The notes below the pieces were generated by a model. The model saw nothing but the letters and a program-made list of their open reading frames with translations. It searched no databases and was not told where the DNA came from. 64,000 nt of DNA, taken from contig OZ242326.1 in NCBI GenBank assembly GCA_965208325.1, positions 3,936,001 through 4,000,000 of the forward strand, in the 5' to 3' direction. The translations under genes and the position numbers were made by a program. How positions within the stretch are numbered: the stretch's first letter is position 1; every line of letters begins with the position of its first letter. Positions 42,134 through 52,900 of the stretch are shown here, one piece after another. This stretch comes from Candidatus Poribacteria bacterium. GTDB taxonomy: Bacteria > Poribacteria > WGA-4E > PCPOR2b.

Positions 42134-42272
42134 CGGATTTGAACAATTCAATCGCAAGAATACGCCGTCCGCCTGCCGCAACGCCACGCTGCAACGGTTC
42201 GTTCTTCGGCATTACGGCGACGAATTCGACACGTAGACAGTGAAAGCGATGGTTGTAATGTAGACCTGCGAC

Positions 42273-43214
42273 ATGCGAAGTTCATACACGAGCGAGCATT
42301 TCAACTTGGTTATCGACGCTGTGATGGATCGCGCGGATGATGTACGCGCTGTCCTGGCAAAGATGGGGCTTGACACCGCTCATCTAGGGACGGTCGAGCA
42401 TATTCGGGCAAAACATGGTAATCGCCTCTTTAGGATTGCGCTTGGAAGTTCCTCTTATGTATTAAAGGTATTCGGGAATCCGGAGACCTCAAGTGAGATA
42501 AGGGCGTATGACCTCCTGAGAAACCTTGGTGTTCCGACTCTTCGCGCCATTGCGGCCACAGATGATGCGCTTCTACTTGAAGATCTTGAAGTCAGCAGCG
42601 ATTTCAGACTTGCGAGCGAGGGTGATGTCGAAAAGCCTGAAGTTGGCGCTGCACTAGCGCGCTGGTATCGTACTCTTCACGACACAGGCTCAAGGCTACG
42701 GATATGCCTCACTGAGACTACATTCTTGCGCCGTGAGATTGAGGATTTGACTCCTACGTCGATTTTGGATTTAGCCGCGAAGATTGGCAGCTCAGATCGG
42801 TCAGAGTGGATTACTCTAACTGACAGCATTGACAGAATCAAAAACGCCGCGATGGCATCTGCTGAGACGTTGACCTACAATGACTTTCATTGGACCAATT
42901 TGGCACTGTCCCGCGCCGAGAAGCCAATCAGGGCTATTGTGTTTGACTATCATCTTTTGGGTCTAGGATTGCGATATTCGGATTACAGAAACGTGCTATG
43001 TTCTCTTGGGCAAAATGCTGCGGCTGCATTCCGTTCTGAATACGGTGAGACCGATCGGAGGGAGAAAGTTTTGGACGACTTGATGGCGCCTTTGTATGCT
43101 CTCGTGGTAGCCTTCCGCCGTCGCAAATTCCCTTCTTGGGCGGGGGCGCCTCTCGAACTTGTAAAAACGGGGGAGATTCACAGCAGATTTAAAGCGGTCA
43201 TGGAGATGCTGTAA
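42273..43214 (+). CDS. aminoglycoside phosphotransferase/choline kinase-like protein
   Basis: YVLK, LLLEDL, LH, YNDFHWTN, FDY. Confidence 0.8.
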   Translation: MRSSYTSEHFNLVIDAVMDRADDVRAVLAKMGLDTAHLGTVEHIRAKHGNRLFRIALGSSSYVLKVFGNPETSSEIRAYDLLRNLGVPTLRAIAATDDALLLEDLEVSSDFRLASEGDVEKPEVGAALARWYRTLHDTGSRLRICLTETTFLRREIEDLTPTSILDLAAKIGSSDRSEWITLTDSIDRIKNAAMASAETLTYNDFHWTNLALSRAEKPIRAIVFDYHLLGLGLRYSDYRNVLCSLGQNAAAAFRSEYGETDRREKVLDDLMAPLYALVVAFRRRKFPSWAGAPLELVKTGEIHSRFKAVMEML

Positions 43215-43331
43215 GGGAAGCTGCCAGACTAGTTTTCTCGACACGTGGTGATAGCGGGGGACCTACAATTGACGCCTGTACCTACCGCATGAATTAGCGA
43301 AACCATCAACCGAACTTGCTTGAGTGGACGG

Positions 43332-44168
43332 ATGAGTTCAAATCACAGTTACTACAGTCCGGCGTGGGTAGCCGATTACTACGATGAATACGGCGAACAG
43401 GAATGCGAACGATATGATCGGAGACCCGCGAATGAAGTCAGTTTATTCCTCCACACGCATTATCTGAAAAAATTCGTAAAACCCGGGTCGCGAGTTTTGG
43501 ATGTAGGCGCCGGCCCTGGGCGTTTCACCCAAATTTTGGCTGATATGGGTTGCCGGGTTGTGGCGGCAGATATATCCCACGTACAACTCGATTTACATCG
43601 AAAATCTGCGGAAGCGCTGGGTTTTGAAAGTGCCGTGGAGGAACGCCTGCAACTAGACATTTGCGATTTGAGTTGTCTGTCCAGCGATTCGTTTGATGCC
43701 GTTATCTGTTACGGCGGCCCTTTAAGCTATGTCTTCGATCGTGCGTCAACTGCAATGTCCGAATGCGCTCGGGTTTGCCGGAAAGGCGGCCACGTTCTAG
43801 CCAGCGTCATGTCTCTTTGGGGCGCGGCTCATCGGAACTTGGAGATGGTGCTTTCGGTACCGTCGGAAAATAACCAGAAGATTACTGAGACCGGCGACTT
43901 AACGCCGGAGAATTGGAGTGATGTACGCCATCGGTGCCACATGTTTCGCCCCGACGAAGTGCGGCGGATGGTGCGCCAAGCGGAATTGGCGCTAGTTGCG
44001 ATATCCGCTTCAAACTGTGTTTCAAACTGTTGGGATAATCTACTCATTGACGTAATGGCAGATCGAGAAAAGTGGCAGGAACTCCTAAGAATGGAGCTTG
44101 CAGCGTGCAGCGAAGAGGGGTGTTTGGGCATGGGCTCCCACATCATTGTGGTTGGGAGAAAGGAGTAG
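43332..44168 (+). CDS. class I SAM-dependent methyltransferase
   Basis: VLDVGAGPGRF, DIS, FDAVICYGGPLSY. Confidence 0.92.
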   Translation: MSSNHSYYSPAWVADYYDEYGEQECERYDRRPANEVSLFLHTHYLKKFVKPGSRVLDVGAGPGRFTQILADMGCRVVAADISHVQLDLHRKSAEALGFESAVEERLQLDICDLSCLSSDSFDAVICYGGPLSYVFDRASTAMSECARVCRKGGHVLASVMSLWGAAHRNLEMVLSVPSENNQKITETGDLTPENWSDVRHRCHMFRPDEVRRMVRQAELALVAISASNCVSNCWDNLLIDVMADREKWQELLRMELAACSEEGCLGMGSHIIVVGRKE

Positions 44169-44312
44169 GCAAGATTTAGGGTTTTATTGAACTCTATTCC
44201 CACTCATGATTCAATTCGCGTAATGGTTTCCAATTCCAAGTAAGCGGGGGACCACCTGCGTAAAGTTTAACTTGTTTGAAGGGTGATAACTCCTGCCAAA
44301 GCGGAGTTTCGG

Positions 44313-45041
44313 ATGTTAAAGCGGATTTCTTCTAATGTATATATGTGGTCCGAGGTTCATGGGGCGGCTAGAAATGAACCGTATATTTGGAACAGCTATC
44401 TGATTCAGGTGAAGGATCGGGGCGTTTTAGTCCTCGTGGATCCACTTCCGCTTTCCGATGAAGAAATTCGAGAAGTTGAAAAAATCGGTGCGCCCACTCA
44501 CATTCTGCTTACATGCAACTGGCACTATCGTGAATCGCATGTATTCAAGGGAAAGTGGGGTTGTGAAGTTCGCCTGCACGAAGACGGATTGGTGGACTCA
44601 GAGGTGCCTATAGACGGAACATTGCAGGATAGGGAGTTGTTGTGGAATCAGATGCAAGTGATTCATGTTCCGGATGTCGGTTGGGCGGAGGAAGTTGCGT
44701 TTCTGGTTAAGGGTGATGGAAATACCATGATTGTCGGGGATTTGCTCTGCGGTGGAAGAAAAGATAGAGGTGTTCCTGACGGTGAAGTTTGGATACATGG
44801 GCCTGAGTATAGCTTGGACCTTAAGAACGCGCGGAACTCTCTTCGGAAGCTGAGTGAATTCTCATTCGAGAAATTGTGTTTTGGTCATGGAACTCCAATC
44901 ACGCAAGCGGCCAGCGTGGTGTTCAACGAATTTATCGAAAATGATGGCGCATGGGAGAAGTTGAAAGTTGAAAAGTTTGAGAGAGCGGATGCTGTCTCGC
45001 GAGAATTTCTGAAGATCATGGAATCAAGAAAAGCACGTTAA
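44313..45041 (+). CDS. metallo-beta-lactamase fold protein with degenerate metal motif
   Basis: LVDP, ILLTCNWH.RE, VGD, FGHG. Confidence 0.78.
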   Translation: MLKRISSNVYMWSEVHGAARNEPYIWNSYLIQVKDRGVLVLVDPLPLSDEEIREVEKIGAPTHILLTCNWHYRESHVFKGKWGCEVRLHEDGLVDSEVPIDGTLQDRELLWNQMQVIHVPDVGWAEEVAFLVKGDGNTMIVGDLLCGGRKDRGVPDGEVWIHGPEYSLDLKNARNSLRKLSEFSFEKLCFGHGTPITQAASVVFNEFIENDGAWEKLKVEKFERADAVSREFLKIMESRKAR

Positions 45042-45118
45042 GTAGAGATTCTCATGCGGGCTTTAATTGGGGTTCGTTCACCGTGACTGACTTGCTTGAG
45101 CTGTAATATTAGGCTATT

Positions 45119-45841
45119 ATGGAGAAAATCTACGGCAAACATTCAGTTAATGCGGTTTTCCGTACACGCCCCCGCGCTGTTCGACGCATCATTCTTCTAG
45201 CAGGTAGAAAGTCCTCGCTCAACGAAGAGTATTTAGAACATGCACACCGGCACAAAATTCAACCTGAGATATTGCCGCGGGAAAAATTCTTGCGCGCTAC
45301 AGAATTAACTGAAGACGACAAACACCAAGGTATTTGCATATTTACGGAGCCCAGGACGATTTACGGCGAGAAAGATTTGGAAATCCTTCGAGAAGGTCGG
45401 GTTATTCTTGCGCTTGACCAAGTTTCCAACCCTCAAAACTTAGGCACAATGCTTCGGAACGCGGCATTTTTCGGTGCAGACGCGGTTTTATTGTTACGGA
45501 ATCGCTCAACAGATATTACTCCGACCGTAACGCGAGTCGCGGTTGGCGCTGCGGAATTCGTGAAGATTTTCAAGGTGATAAACCTAGCGAGAAGTTTGGA
45601 CGCGCTAAAAAAAATCGGATTTTGGGTGTACGGCTTGGACGAAAGCGGACAGAAAACTCTGGCGGAGACAGATTTCGATGAAAAAACAGTATTTGTCGTC
45701 GGCGCAGAGGGAGAAGGACTTCGTCTCCGAACAAAGAAGTTTTGCGACGAACTTGTGCGTATCCCGGGCGGACAGCATGGCATTGAAAGTTTGAATGCGG
45801 GAGTTGCTACGGCTGTGGCACTGGCGGAGTTTTTTCGCTAA
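45119..45841 (+). CDS. rlmB: TrmH/RlmB-family SPOUT RNA methyltransferase
   Basis: IYGKH.V, HQGI, NPQNLG..LR, GAEGEGL, SLNAGVA. Confidence 0.85.
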   Translation: MEKIYGKHSVNAVFRTRPRAVRRIILLAGRKSSLNEEYLEHAHRHKIQPEILPREKFLRATELTEDDKHQGICIFTEPRTIYGEKDLEILREGRVILALDQVSNPQNLGTMLRNAAFFGADAVLLLRNRSTDITPTVTRVAVGAAEFVKIFKVINLARSLDALKKIGFWVYGLDESGQKTLAETDFDEKTVFVVGAEGEGLRLRTKKFCDELVRIPGGQHGIESLNAGVATAVALAEFFR

Positions 45842-45964
45842 ATGAATGAATCATTTGAATGCGGCATTCTATCAAGCAGATTCTCGGATTTGATCGTAGC
45901 CAACCGAGGTTGGAGGATGGTTCACCCATCCCGCGAAGTATAGGTTCAGAAGGGGATAACGACT

Positions 45965-47698
45965 TTGAAAGAAACTCTACGGGGAAAAGATTCTTCGAGC
46001 GGCGATTCGCCGATGGACGCGGAAAGTATCTGCCAAGCAGCGCAGGCGGGTGACCTTCAGCGGGTTAAGGAAATTCTCGCTGTCAAACCCGAATTGGCCA
46101 CGCAGGATCTCGCCTCAAATAATGAGCACCAGCCGATCCATTTTGCGGCGGAAGAAGGCCACGCTGAAATCGTGCGCGTGCTTCTGGAAGCCGGTGCCGA
46201 TCCGCACAATGGCATTTATCCTCACCGTGAGGCAACGAGTGCGCTGACCATGGCGACAGACCGCGGGCACACCTCCGTCGTTGAGGTCATCAAGGAGTGG
46301 CTCAATGAACAGCATGGAACGACGCCAAAGGGTGAAGCCTTTGCCCAGGCCGCGGCGCGCGGCGATACTGAACGTGTCCGATTGATGCACGATGAGGATG
46401 CTGAACTAATCAATGCAACTGACATGGGCGGGGGAACTGCGCTTTTCAGAGCGGTGCATCGGGCTGATTTGCCGCTATTGCTTGAGTTGCTAGACCGGGG
46501 CGCGGACGTAGACTATCGTGCCGCGGATGGGAGCCGGCCGATTCACCATTGCCTCGCGCACAGTTGGAAGGTGCCCGACGCGATGTACAAAACCTATGTG
46601 CTTCTTGCGGGCGCCTTGATTTCCCGAGGTGCAGCGTATACCCTCTGGGTCGCCTGCGGCGTAGGCGATGTTGAAGGTGTTAAACGAATATTGGACGCGT
46701 GCGAAGACAGAAGTTCATTGTGCAAGAGTCGTGAGCCGTTTTGGAGCGACTATGAGAACCCGCTTGTCGTTGCCTGTTTTCAAGGACATGCAGCAGTCGT
46801 CCAGTTGCTCATTGACGCGGGTGTGGATCCAGATTCGCCATTTGAAATCGACGTCGCCGGCGAGAAGGTGAAGCAATGGGGCCATCCGCTCTGGATTGCG
46901 GCGAACCGCGGGCATTACGATGTTGTAAAATTGCTGCTTGAACGGGGTGCAAACCCAAACACGGCGGTCTATGCCGCCGGTAACGCTGTGTGTTGGGCGT
47001 ATCAATACGGGCACAAGCGCGTTGCCGATTTGATGTTTCAGCACGGTGCGGTTGCGGATCTGTTGAGCTATTGTCTGACAAACAATCTTCCCGCCATCTC
47101 GGAAATTCTTCATCGGGACACATCGGCGCGCGACGGAATACTGTGGGACGCAATCCTGGCGGGCAATGTTGATGTAGTTGCGATGGCGCTGCGCGGTAAC
47201 CCACAGCATGATGAAGCAAACGGATTCAAGCTGTTAGAAGCGGCGGTACGCGGCTGGCGGCTGGGCGACCTGAAAATCAGTAACGAGGGATTCGACCGCC
47301 GCAATGCCATTACAATTCTGGGTAAGTTACTTGAACATGGTGTCAATCCGAATCTGAGAAACCCACGAGATGAACGGTTCAATTTTACGATTTTGCATCA
47401 TCTTGCGGGCAAAAGCTGCAACTCCCGAACGTATGGGCATACGGAGGAAGAGGTCGTCGAATTCGCTCGTCTTCTGCTTAACTACGGCGCCGATGTCAAT
47501 GCCATAGAAAACAAACTCAAGTCAACCCCGCTAGGTTGGGCAGCCCGGTTCGGTTGCAAGGAGTTGGCCGCGTTCCTGCTTGACCGCGGCGCAGACCCCA
47601 ATCTAGCGGACGCGCCGTGGGCGCCACCATTGGCTTGGGCGAAGAGAGAGGGACATACCGAAATTGCCAAAATTCTCCATGAACATGGCGCGGCATAG
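45965..47698 (+). CDS. ankyrin repeat protein
   Basis: Repeated PIHFAA/TPLGWAA..LL..GAD units; start may be ATG 46013. Confidence 0.93.
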   Translation: MKETLRGKDSSSGDSPMDAESICQAAQAGDLQRVKEILAVKPELATQDLASNNEHQPIHFAAEEGHAEIVRVLLEAGADPHNGIYPHREATSALTMATDRGHTSVVEVIKEWLNEQHGTTPKGEAFAQAAARGDTERVRLMHDEDAELINATDMGGGTALFRAVHRADLPLLLELLDRGADVDYRAADGSRPIHHCLAHSWKVPDAMYKTYVLLAGALISRGAAYTLWVACGVGDVEGVKRILDACEDRSSLCKSREPFWSDYENPLVVACFQGHAAVVQLLIDAGVDPDSPFEIDVAGEKVKQWGHPLWIAANRGHYDVVKLLLERGANPNTAVYAAGNAVCWAYQYGHKRVADLMFQHGAVADLLSYCLTNNLPAISEILHRDTSARDGILWDAILAGNVDVVAMALRGNPQHDEANGFKLLEAAVRGWRLGDLKISNEGFDRRNAITILGKLLEHGVNPNLRNPRDERFNFTILHHLAGKSCNSRTYGHTEEEVVEFARLLLNYGADVNAIENKLKSTPLGWAARFGCKELAAFLLDRGADPNLADAPWAPPLAWAKREGHTEIAKILHEHGAA

Positions 47699-47746
47699 CG
47701 CGCCCAAAGATTTTGCAGAATCGTTTGCGGAATATCGATTGACTAA

Positions 47747-47953
47747 GCGGCTGTTTGAAAAATCGGCAGCAAAGCCATTCTTGAGCGTTTGAGTCGTAAT
47801 GACCTGTCGCCCCTCTGGGGCTCTTGTTATATGGTGATTTGGAGATTCTATAAATCGAATTTAAAGCTATCTTCGATTTGACGATTGAAGTTCCCCTCTG
47901 GTGCTTTGGTTAAAGGAAACCGGTGCAGAGAAAATGAATTTTCAAACAGGTTT
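47747..47953. mobile_element. putative MITE (IS5-like ends)
   Basis: Inverted repeats CTGTTTGAAAA (47751-47761) and TTTTCAAACAG (47939-47949), each 4 nt inside a flanking TAA; no ORF. Confidence 0.6.
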
Positions 47954-48147
47954 TAAATCCGACTCCCACTGATGTTCCCTAGAATTAACTACGTCATCGG
48001 GAAGCGCGCCGGAATATGATTTTTCGGCGCTAGGCGATCGCAAACGGTGTGAACACTGCGTTTCCTGCTCCGGTAAACATTAGCCCTTCGTTCAACGGCT
48101 CACGGCTCGGCCATAAAAAAGTGATCCCACGGCTATTACAATTGGTA

Positions 48148-48501
48148 ATGTGCTATAGAATAGACTCGATAGTCAAGGTGATAATTGACAGACCGATGGG
48201 ATCCCGGCATCCCGAACACGGCTTTATCTATCCGGTTAACTACGGGTATGTTCCCGGAACACTCGCCGGGGATGGAGAGGAGCTTGACGCCTACATTCTA
48301 GGCGAATTTGAACCGCTGGATTCGTTCGAGGGGAACGTCATTGGGCTTATCGTCCGCAATGACGACGCCGAGAATAAGTTAGTTGTCTCTCGATATGTGG
48401 ACCGATACGGAGAAGATGAGATTAGGGCGCTGACCGAATTCCAAGAGCGCTTTTTCGATTCCCACGTGATTTCATTTGTTGAGAAGCCTGCAACGGGATG
48501 A
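48148..48501 (+). CDS. small family I inorganic pyrophosphatase
   Basis: YPVNYGYVPGTL.GDGEELD, DDAENK. Confidence 0.85.
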   Translation: MCYRIDSIVKVIIDRPMGSRHPEHGFIYPVNYGYVPGTLAGDGEELDAYILGEFEPLDSFEGNVIGLIVRNDDAENKLVVSRYVDRYGEDEIRALTEFQERFFDSHVISFVEKPATG

Positions 48502-48622
48502 ATTTGCACCTGTGTTTAACAACGCTTCGGTAATCAGGAGAAGAAATCCCCATGTGAAGCGATGTTTGTGCGACTATAATTCGGTGGGAAAACTTTCGTG
48601 AGCAGGGAAATATGCGAATGAG

Positions 48623-49066
48623 ATGGAAGGGTTAAGTATTCGCAAGGCGTGCGCAATCGACAGCGAATTTGTGTTTGCTACAAAGGCGGAGGCATTCCGC
48701 GCATATGTGGAGCAGGTTTGGGGCTGGGACGAGAGCCATCAGAGAGAATTACACAATGCCCGGTTTGCTTCACATGATTTCAGCATTATCGGGTTTCGTG
48801 GGACTAACGTGGGTTACTTTGCAACGTTCAATACTTCTGAAAAGCTCACGCTGCATCAGTTGTTTATCCTTCCCGAATATCAAGGGAGAGGAATTGGGTC
48901 GGCGTGCATGACACGGATTGTCAACGAGGCTAAGATGGAACAAAAGCCCGTGATGCTTCAGGTACTAAAGATTAACACCCGTGCCATCACCTTCTACCAA
49001 AGATTGGAATTCAAAATCGCTGGTAAAAATTGTACACATGTTCGCATGGTGAGAAACCCTGATTAA
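48623..49066 (+). CDS. GNAT acetyltransferase
   Basis: PEYQGRGIGS, N.RA..FYQRL.F. Confidence 0.92.
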   Translation: MEGLSIRKACAIDSEFVFATKAEAFRAYVEQVWGWDESHQRELHNARFASHDFSIIGFRGTNVGYFATFNTSEKLTLHQLFILPEYQGRGIGSACMTRIVNEAKMEQKPVMLQVLKINTRAITFYQRLEFKIAGKNCTHVRMVRNPD

Positions 49067-49231
49067 GCGGGATTGTTATCCTGCACTTAATTACTACATA
49101 AGTCGGGGCGGCGAGAACGTTGGATGACGACGGTGAGGGAATTGGCTGACGAAAGATGAATAACACTCAGGTGTTGAGGTGCTACACCGCTTGCGTTTCC
49201 TGTTCAGGTGCTTTCTTCACGAGGCACATAG

Positions 49232-49672
49232 ATGTCTGATAGATTCAAACTCATTGCAACCGTCCATGTCTTTCTAACGAAAAATGAAAGTGAAATTTTG
49301 CTCTTGAGGCGCTTCGATACAGGGTACGAAGACGGCAATTATAGCGTGATTGCCGGGCACATCAACGGTAACGAAGAGATTAAGGCAGCCGCAATCCGAG
49401 AAGCGAAGGAAGAGGCGGGAATCGAAATTCAGGCGTCGGACATCAACGTGGTCGGGGTTATGCATAGGAAGGGAGAGGATGAACGGGTGGATTTCTTTCT
49501 TGCTGCCGCTAGATGGAACGGAGGCATCGTCAATGCCGAACCGGAAAAATGTGACGATCTATCCTGGCATTCTGTCCACGATTTACCCGCCAATATGGTG
49601 CCTTATGTTAGGCAGGCACTCGAAAATTATCGGCAGGGCAAATTTTTTGACAGTTTCGGTTGGGAAAATTAA
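49232..49672 (+). CDS. NUDIX hydrolase
   Basis: Nudix box GH...NE....AAIREAKEEAG, NAEPEKCDDL.W. Confidence 0.93.
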   Translation: MSDRFKLIATVHVFLTKNESEILLLRRFDTGYEDGNYSVIAGHINGNEEIKAAAIREAKEEAGIEIQASDINVVGVMHRKGEDERVDFFLAAARWNGGIVNAEPEKCDDLSWHSVHDLPANMVPYVRQALENYRQGKFFDSFGWEN

Positions 49673-49791
49673 GGAGCTCACACCGCTTCGTGAATCCGTA
49701 CTTTAGCCAAACTATAGATGCTTCGGGTACGGAGATGAGTAACGCGAGACCGATGATTGCAACCGATTTAAATATTTGTTAGGCGCTTTAC

Positions 49792-50565
49792 ATGAATATT
49801 ACTCATGCCGAAATAAAAGAATTTCAAACCGCCGGCCTTGTGACTTTGTCGCCGAATTTTCCTCGCGGATGGCTCGAAGCTGCAAATGAAGCTATAGATG
49901 CGCTCGACGATGCCGATTTCAACCCCGAAGACGGGAGAGGTTTAGCCGGTTGGTATATGGGCGGCGTCGTGCAACCCGAATTATTGAGGCTTATCTACGA
50001 TCCATTCTTCGAGGACGCTGCCAAGAGAGTCTTGCGTGCAGACGCAGTCGAATTAACGCTTGTGTCTCTGCGAGTGACGAAACCTAAGCCCAACGCGGCA
50101 GCGGCGCTTGAACCGCAACACGTTGATTTCAAGTGTGGAACAGTCTCTGCCGGAAGCACACCCGTTGCGATGCCCTGTGGCTTTTTCGTGTGGTTGACGG
50201 ATGTCCAAGCGGATAATTTCCCTTTGTATTACCTCCCCGGCAGTCATTTACAGGTGATGCACTACATGGACAATCATCCGGACGACAATAATCATGAGAT
50301 CCAACAAGTGCCGCCTAATCTCGAGTATGCGCCCGCGGTTCCGGTATTTGCGCAAAGTGGGCAAGTGTCCACGCTTTCAGGGACACTTGTCCACGGCGGA
50401 TCTGTAACGCCAGGGCATCGGGAACGTAGACTTCTCGTGATTGAGTTTAGAGCAAAAGGCACCGATTTTCCGTTGTACGCTCAGTTGGAGGAGCGCAGCA
50501 GAAAATACCTACAGGAGTTGAAGAATCACATGCCAACCGACAGACTGCATCTGCTTCCTGAATAA
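49792..50565 (+). CDS. phytanoyl-CoA dioxygenase (PhyH) family protein
   Basis: HVD, WLTDV, LPGSH, LVHGG. Confidence 0.85.
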   Translation: MNITHAEIKEFQTAGLVTLSPNFPRGWLEAANEAIDALDDADFNPEDGRGLAGWYMGGVVQPELLRLIYDPFFEDAAKRVLRADAVELTLVSLRVTKPKPNAAAALEPQHVDFKCGTVSAGSTPVAMPCGFFVWLTDVQADNFPLYYLPGSHLQVMHYMDNHPDDNNHEIQQVPPNLEYAPAVPVFAQSGQVSTLSGTLVHGGSVTPGHRERRLLVIEFRAKGTDFPLYAQLEERSRKYLQELKNHMPTDRLHLLPE

Positions 50566-50605
50566 ATCATGATATATTTTACTACAGCGCCGAAAATCTC
50601 ACGCC

Positions 50606-51067
50606 ATGAAAATGAAAATTGAAAATCGTGATTGTGTTTTTTGCAGAATCGTAAGTGGCGAGGCGGATTCTGCAACGGTATTTGAGGACGATGTGACGTT
50701 GGCATTCATGGACCGCCGGCAAAGCAACGAGGGGCACGTCTTGGTTGTTCCAAAACGTCATTACGAACAAATCTATGACGTAGACGATGACACTGCATCG
50801 GCGCTTGCCAAAACGGTGCGGAAGGTGGCGCGTGCTGTACGCCATGTCTATGAACCCGAAGGCTTATCCATTTGGCAGTCGAACGGCGCCGCGGCAAATC
50901 AGGAGGTGCCGCACGTTCATTGGCACGTTTTTCCGCGATACACAAACGATAGTCATCTTGTGGTTTATCCTGGGGGTACCTCCGGCAGACCGCGAAACCA
51001 ACCGGTAGAATTTCTAAGGAGGATTTCTGTGCCTTTGATAGAAGCACTTAAGAATGGCATCGCATAA
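50606..51067 (+). CDS. HIT family protein
   Basis: CVFC, GHVLVVPKRH, HVHWHV. Confidence 0.95.
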   Translation: MKMKIENRDCVFCRIVSGEADSATVFEDDVTLAFMDRRQSNEGHVLVVPKRHYEQIYDVDDDTASALAKTVRKVARAVRHVYEPEGLSIWQSNGAAANQEVPHVHWHVFPRYTNDSHLVVYPGGTSGRPRNQPVEFLRRISVPLIEALKNGIA

Positions 51068-51216
51068 CTTTGAGGTTTAGTGCTATGCTATTGGTGCAGT
51101 TGTTTCCTACGGACAATCCCTCGACAGGTTTTTAATTCGCTTACGAGCAACACGCTAACCAACAATGCTTTTTCCCTCAAAAATGACTCGAACAGCCGAA
51201 CACATGGAGAACAGGT

Positions 51217-51915
51217 ATGAAAATCGGGTCAATTCATGACGCGGCAGCAAACGGCGATCTGGATGCGGTGAAGAGAATCGTTGAACAAGATTCGCAGGTG
51301 GTCAATCAAGATGACGAATATGAATGGCGCCCGATTTTCCACGCCGGACTAAGACGCCACTATGATGTTGTCAAATATCTGATAGACTCCGGTGCCGATT
51401 TGGCAGCTCATGATGGCTATGCCTTGCACTATGCGGGTGAAGTACCGGACAATAAGAATGTCGTATCGTTGCTCGTTTCCTATGGCGGGTTGGACGCACA
51501 CACCAAACCATCATCCGAGCCCGCTCGGCAGTTTATATATGCCGTGTTTTTAGCTAATGTGACGCGGGTAAAATCCATGCTCGGCGATCATCCAGAGTTA
51601 GCACAGGAGCGCTACGCCCGAGGCGATACGGCTATGCACCATGCCGCTCGAAACGGCGACATTAAAGTTGTAGAACAGTTGGTTTCTTATGGCGCGGACG
51701 TTAATGCACGATCAGATCACGAGCATTTTCCGTTGTACTGTGCAGCCGGTCATGGACACTTAGAAACCACCCAATATTTAGTAGAAAATGGTGCGGATTT
51801 ACGGGCTAGACTTAGCGATGGAAAAACAGTCGTTGAATGGCTAAGACAGTATGCGGACGCCGACAGCCGATTTAGGTTATGTCTGGATTTTTTGGAGGCA
51901 CAGGGCGCGACGTAA
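51217..51915 (+). CDS. ankyrin repeat protein
   Basis: TAMHHAARNG..LVSYGADVNA, PLYCAAGHG. Confidence 0.92.
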   Translation: MKIGSIHDAAANGDLDAVKRIVEQDSQVVNQDDEYEWRPIFHAGLRRHYDVVKYLIDSGADLAAHDGYALHYAGEVPDNKNVVSLLVSYGGLDAHTKPSSEPARQFIYAVFLANVTRVKSMLGDHPELAQERYARGDTAMHHAARNGDIKVVEQLVSYGADVNARSDHEHFPLYCAAGHGHLETTQYLVENGADLRARLSDGKTVVEWLRQYADADSRFRLCLDFLEAQGAT

Positions 51916-52049
51916 TAGGGGCTTTCGGTGATTGTTAAACCGGCGTGTACCATGATCGGTTTCGGAGGATTGGGCTGACGTAATTTCTTACTGCTCTAGG
52001 GACTCTATGCGGCACACGAGTTTTGTAGAGATTCCCTGAGGAAGGTTTC

Positions 52050-52793
52050 ATGTCGATTGAATCTTTAGCCGACTTTGAAGGCATGTCACGGGTCGGAAAA
52101 GCTGTTGCGGCAACGTTGAAGGCAATGTCGGACTACGTTCGTCCAGGGGTTGCGACTGCGGAAGTAGATTGGGTTGGCGCGCAAGTTCTCAGGCAGCACG
52201 GGGCGCGGTCAGCACCTCAACTCATCTATGATTTCCCAGGTGTCAATCTGATTAGCGTCAACGATGAAGTCGTTCACGGTATTCCCGGCGATCGGCTTTT
52301 GCAAACTGGGGATTTGGTAAGCCTTGACGTTACCGCAGAGCTTGATGGATACATCGCAGATGCGGCTACAACCATTCCGCTCCCACCGTATTCTAGAAAG
52401 GCCGCGAAGTTGTGCCGGTGTGCGAAAACAGCCTTTGAAAAGGCGGCGACGGTTGCCCGCGCCGGAAGGCCTATCCATTGTATTGGAAAAGCCGTTGAAC
52501 GAGAGGTGGGGAGAGATGGATTCTCCGTGATTGAGGAGTTAGGAGGTCACGGTGTTGGCAGGCACATCCATGAACGTCCGTTCGTTGCCAACTTTTTCCA
52601 TCCAACCGATACACAGCCGTTGACGGACGGTCTGGTAATCACGATTGAACCGCTGATTGCCGAAGGTATGGGGAAAATTTTTGAGGACGATGATGGCTGG
52701 ACAATTCGAACAGTCGATGGCGGTCTATCTGCCCATTATGAACACACCGTTGTGATTAGGGAAGGTCAGCCAATTTTACTTACGGCGGCGTAG
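52050..52793 (+). CDS. map: type I methionine aminopeptidase
   Basis: SVNDEVVHGIP, D..D, GHGVG..IHE, IEP, AHYEHT. Confidence 0.95.
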   Translation: MSIESLADFEGMSRVGKAVAATLKAMSDYVRPGVATAEVDWVGAQVLRQHGARSAPQLIYDFPGVNLISVNDEVVHGIPGDRLLQTGDLVSLDVTAELDGYIADAATTIPLPPYSRKAAKLCRCAKTAFEKAATVARAGRPIHCIGKAVEREVGRDGFSVIEELGGHGVGRHIHERPFVANFFHPTDTQPLTDGLVITIEPLIAEGMGKIFEDDDGWTIRTVDGGLSAHYEHTVVIREGQPILLTAA

Positions 52794-52900
52794 CGGTTAA
52801 TGTTCTGTTGACGCTCGTTTCTTGCTGCGGAAAAAATGCGCTTTCGCCTTTCAGATTACGGCAGGAGTCACTTGAGAAATGGCGCACAAAAGGCTTCAAA

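Noticed and set aside
43253..44253. AGCGGGGGACC in two consecutive spacers
   Set aside because: Only 11 bp and two copies, not seen in other spacers; cannot be told from chance.
42273..45041. APH-like and MBL-fold genes as antibiotic resistance determinants
   Set aside because: Only fold-level similarity, and the MBL metal motif is degenerate; no specific resistance function is supportable.
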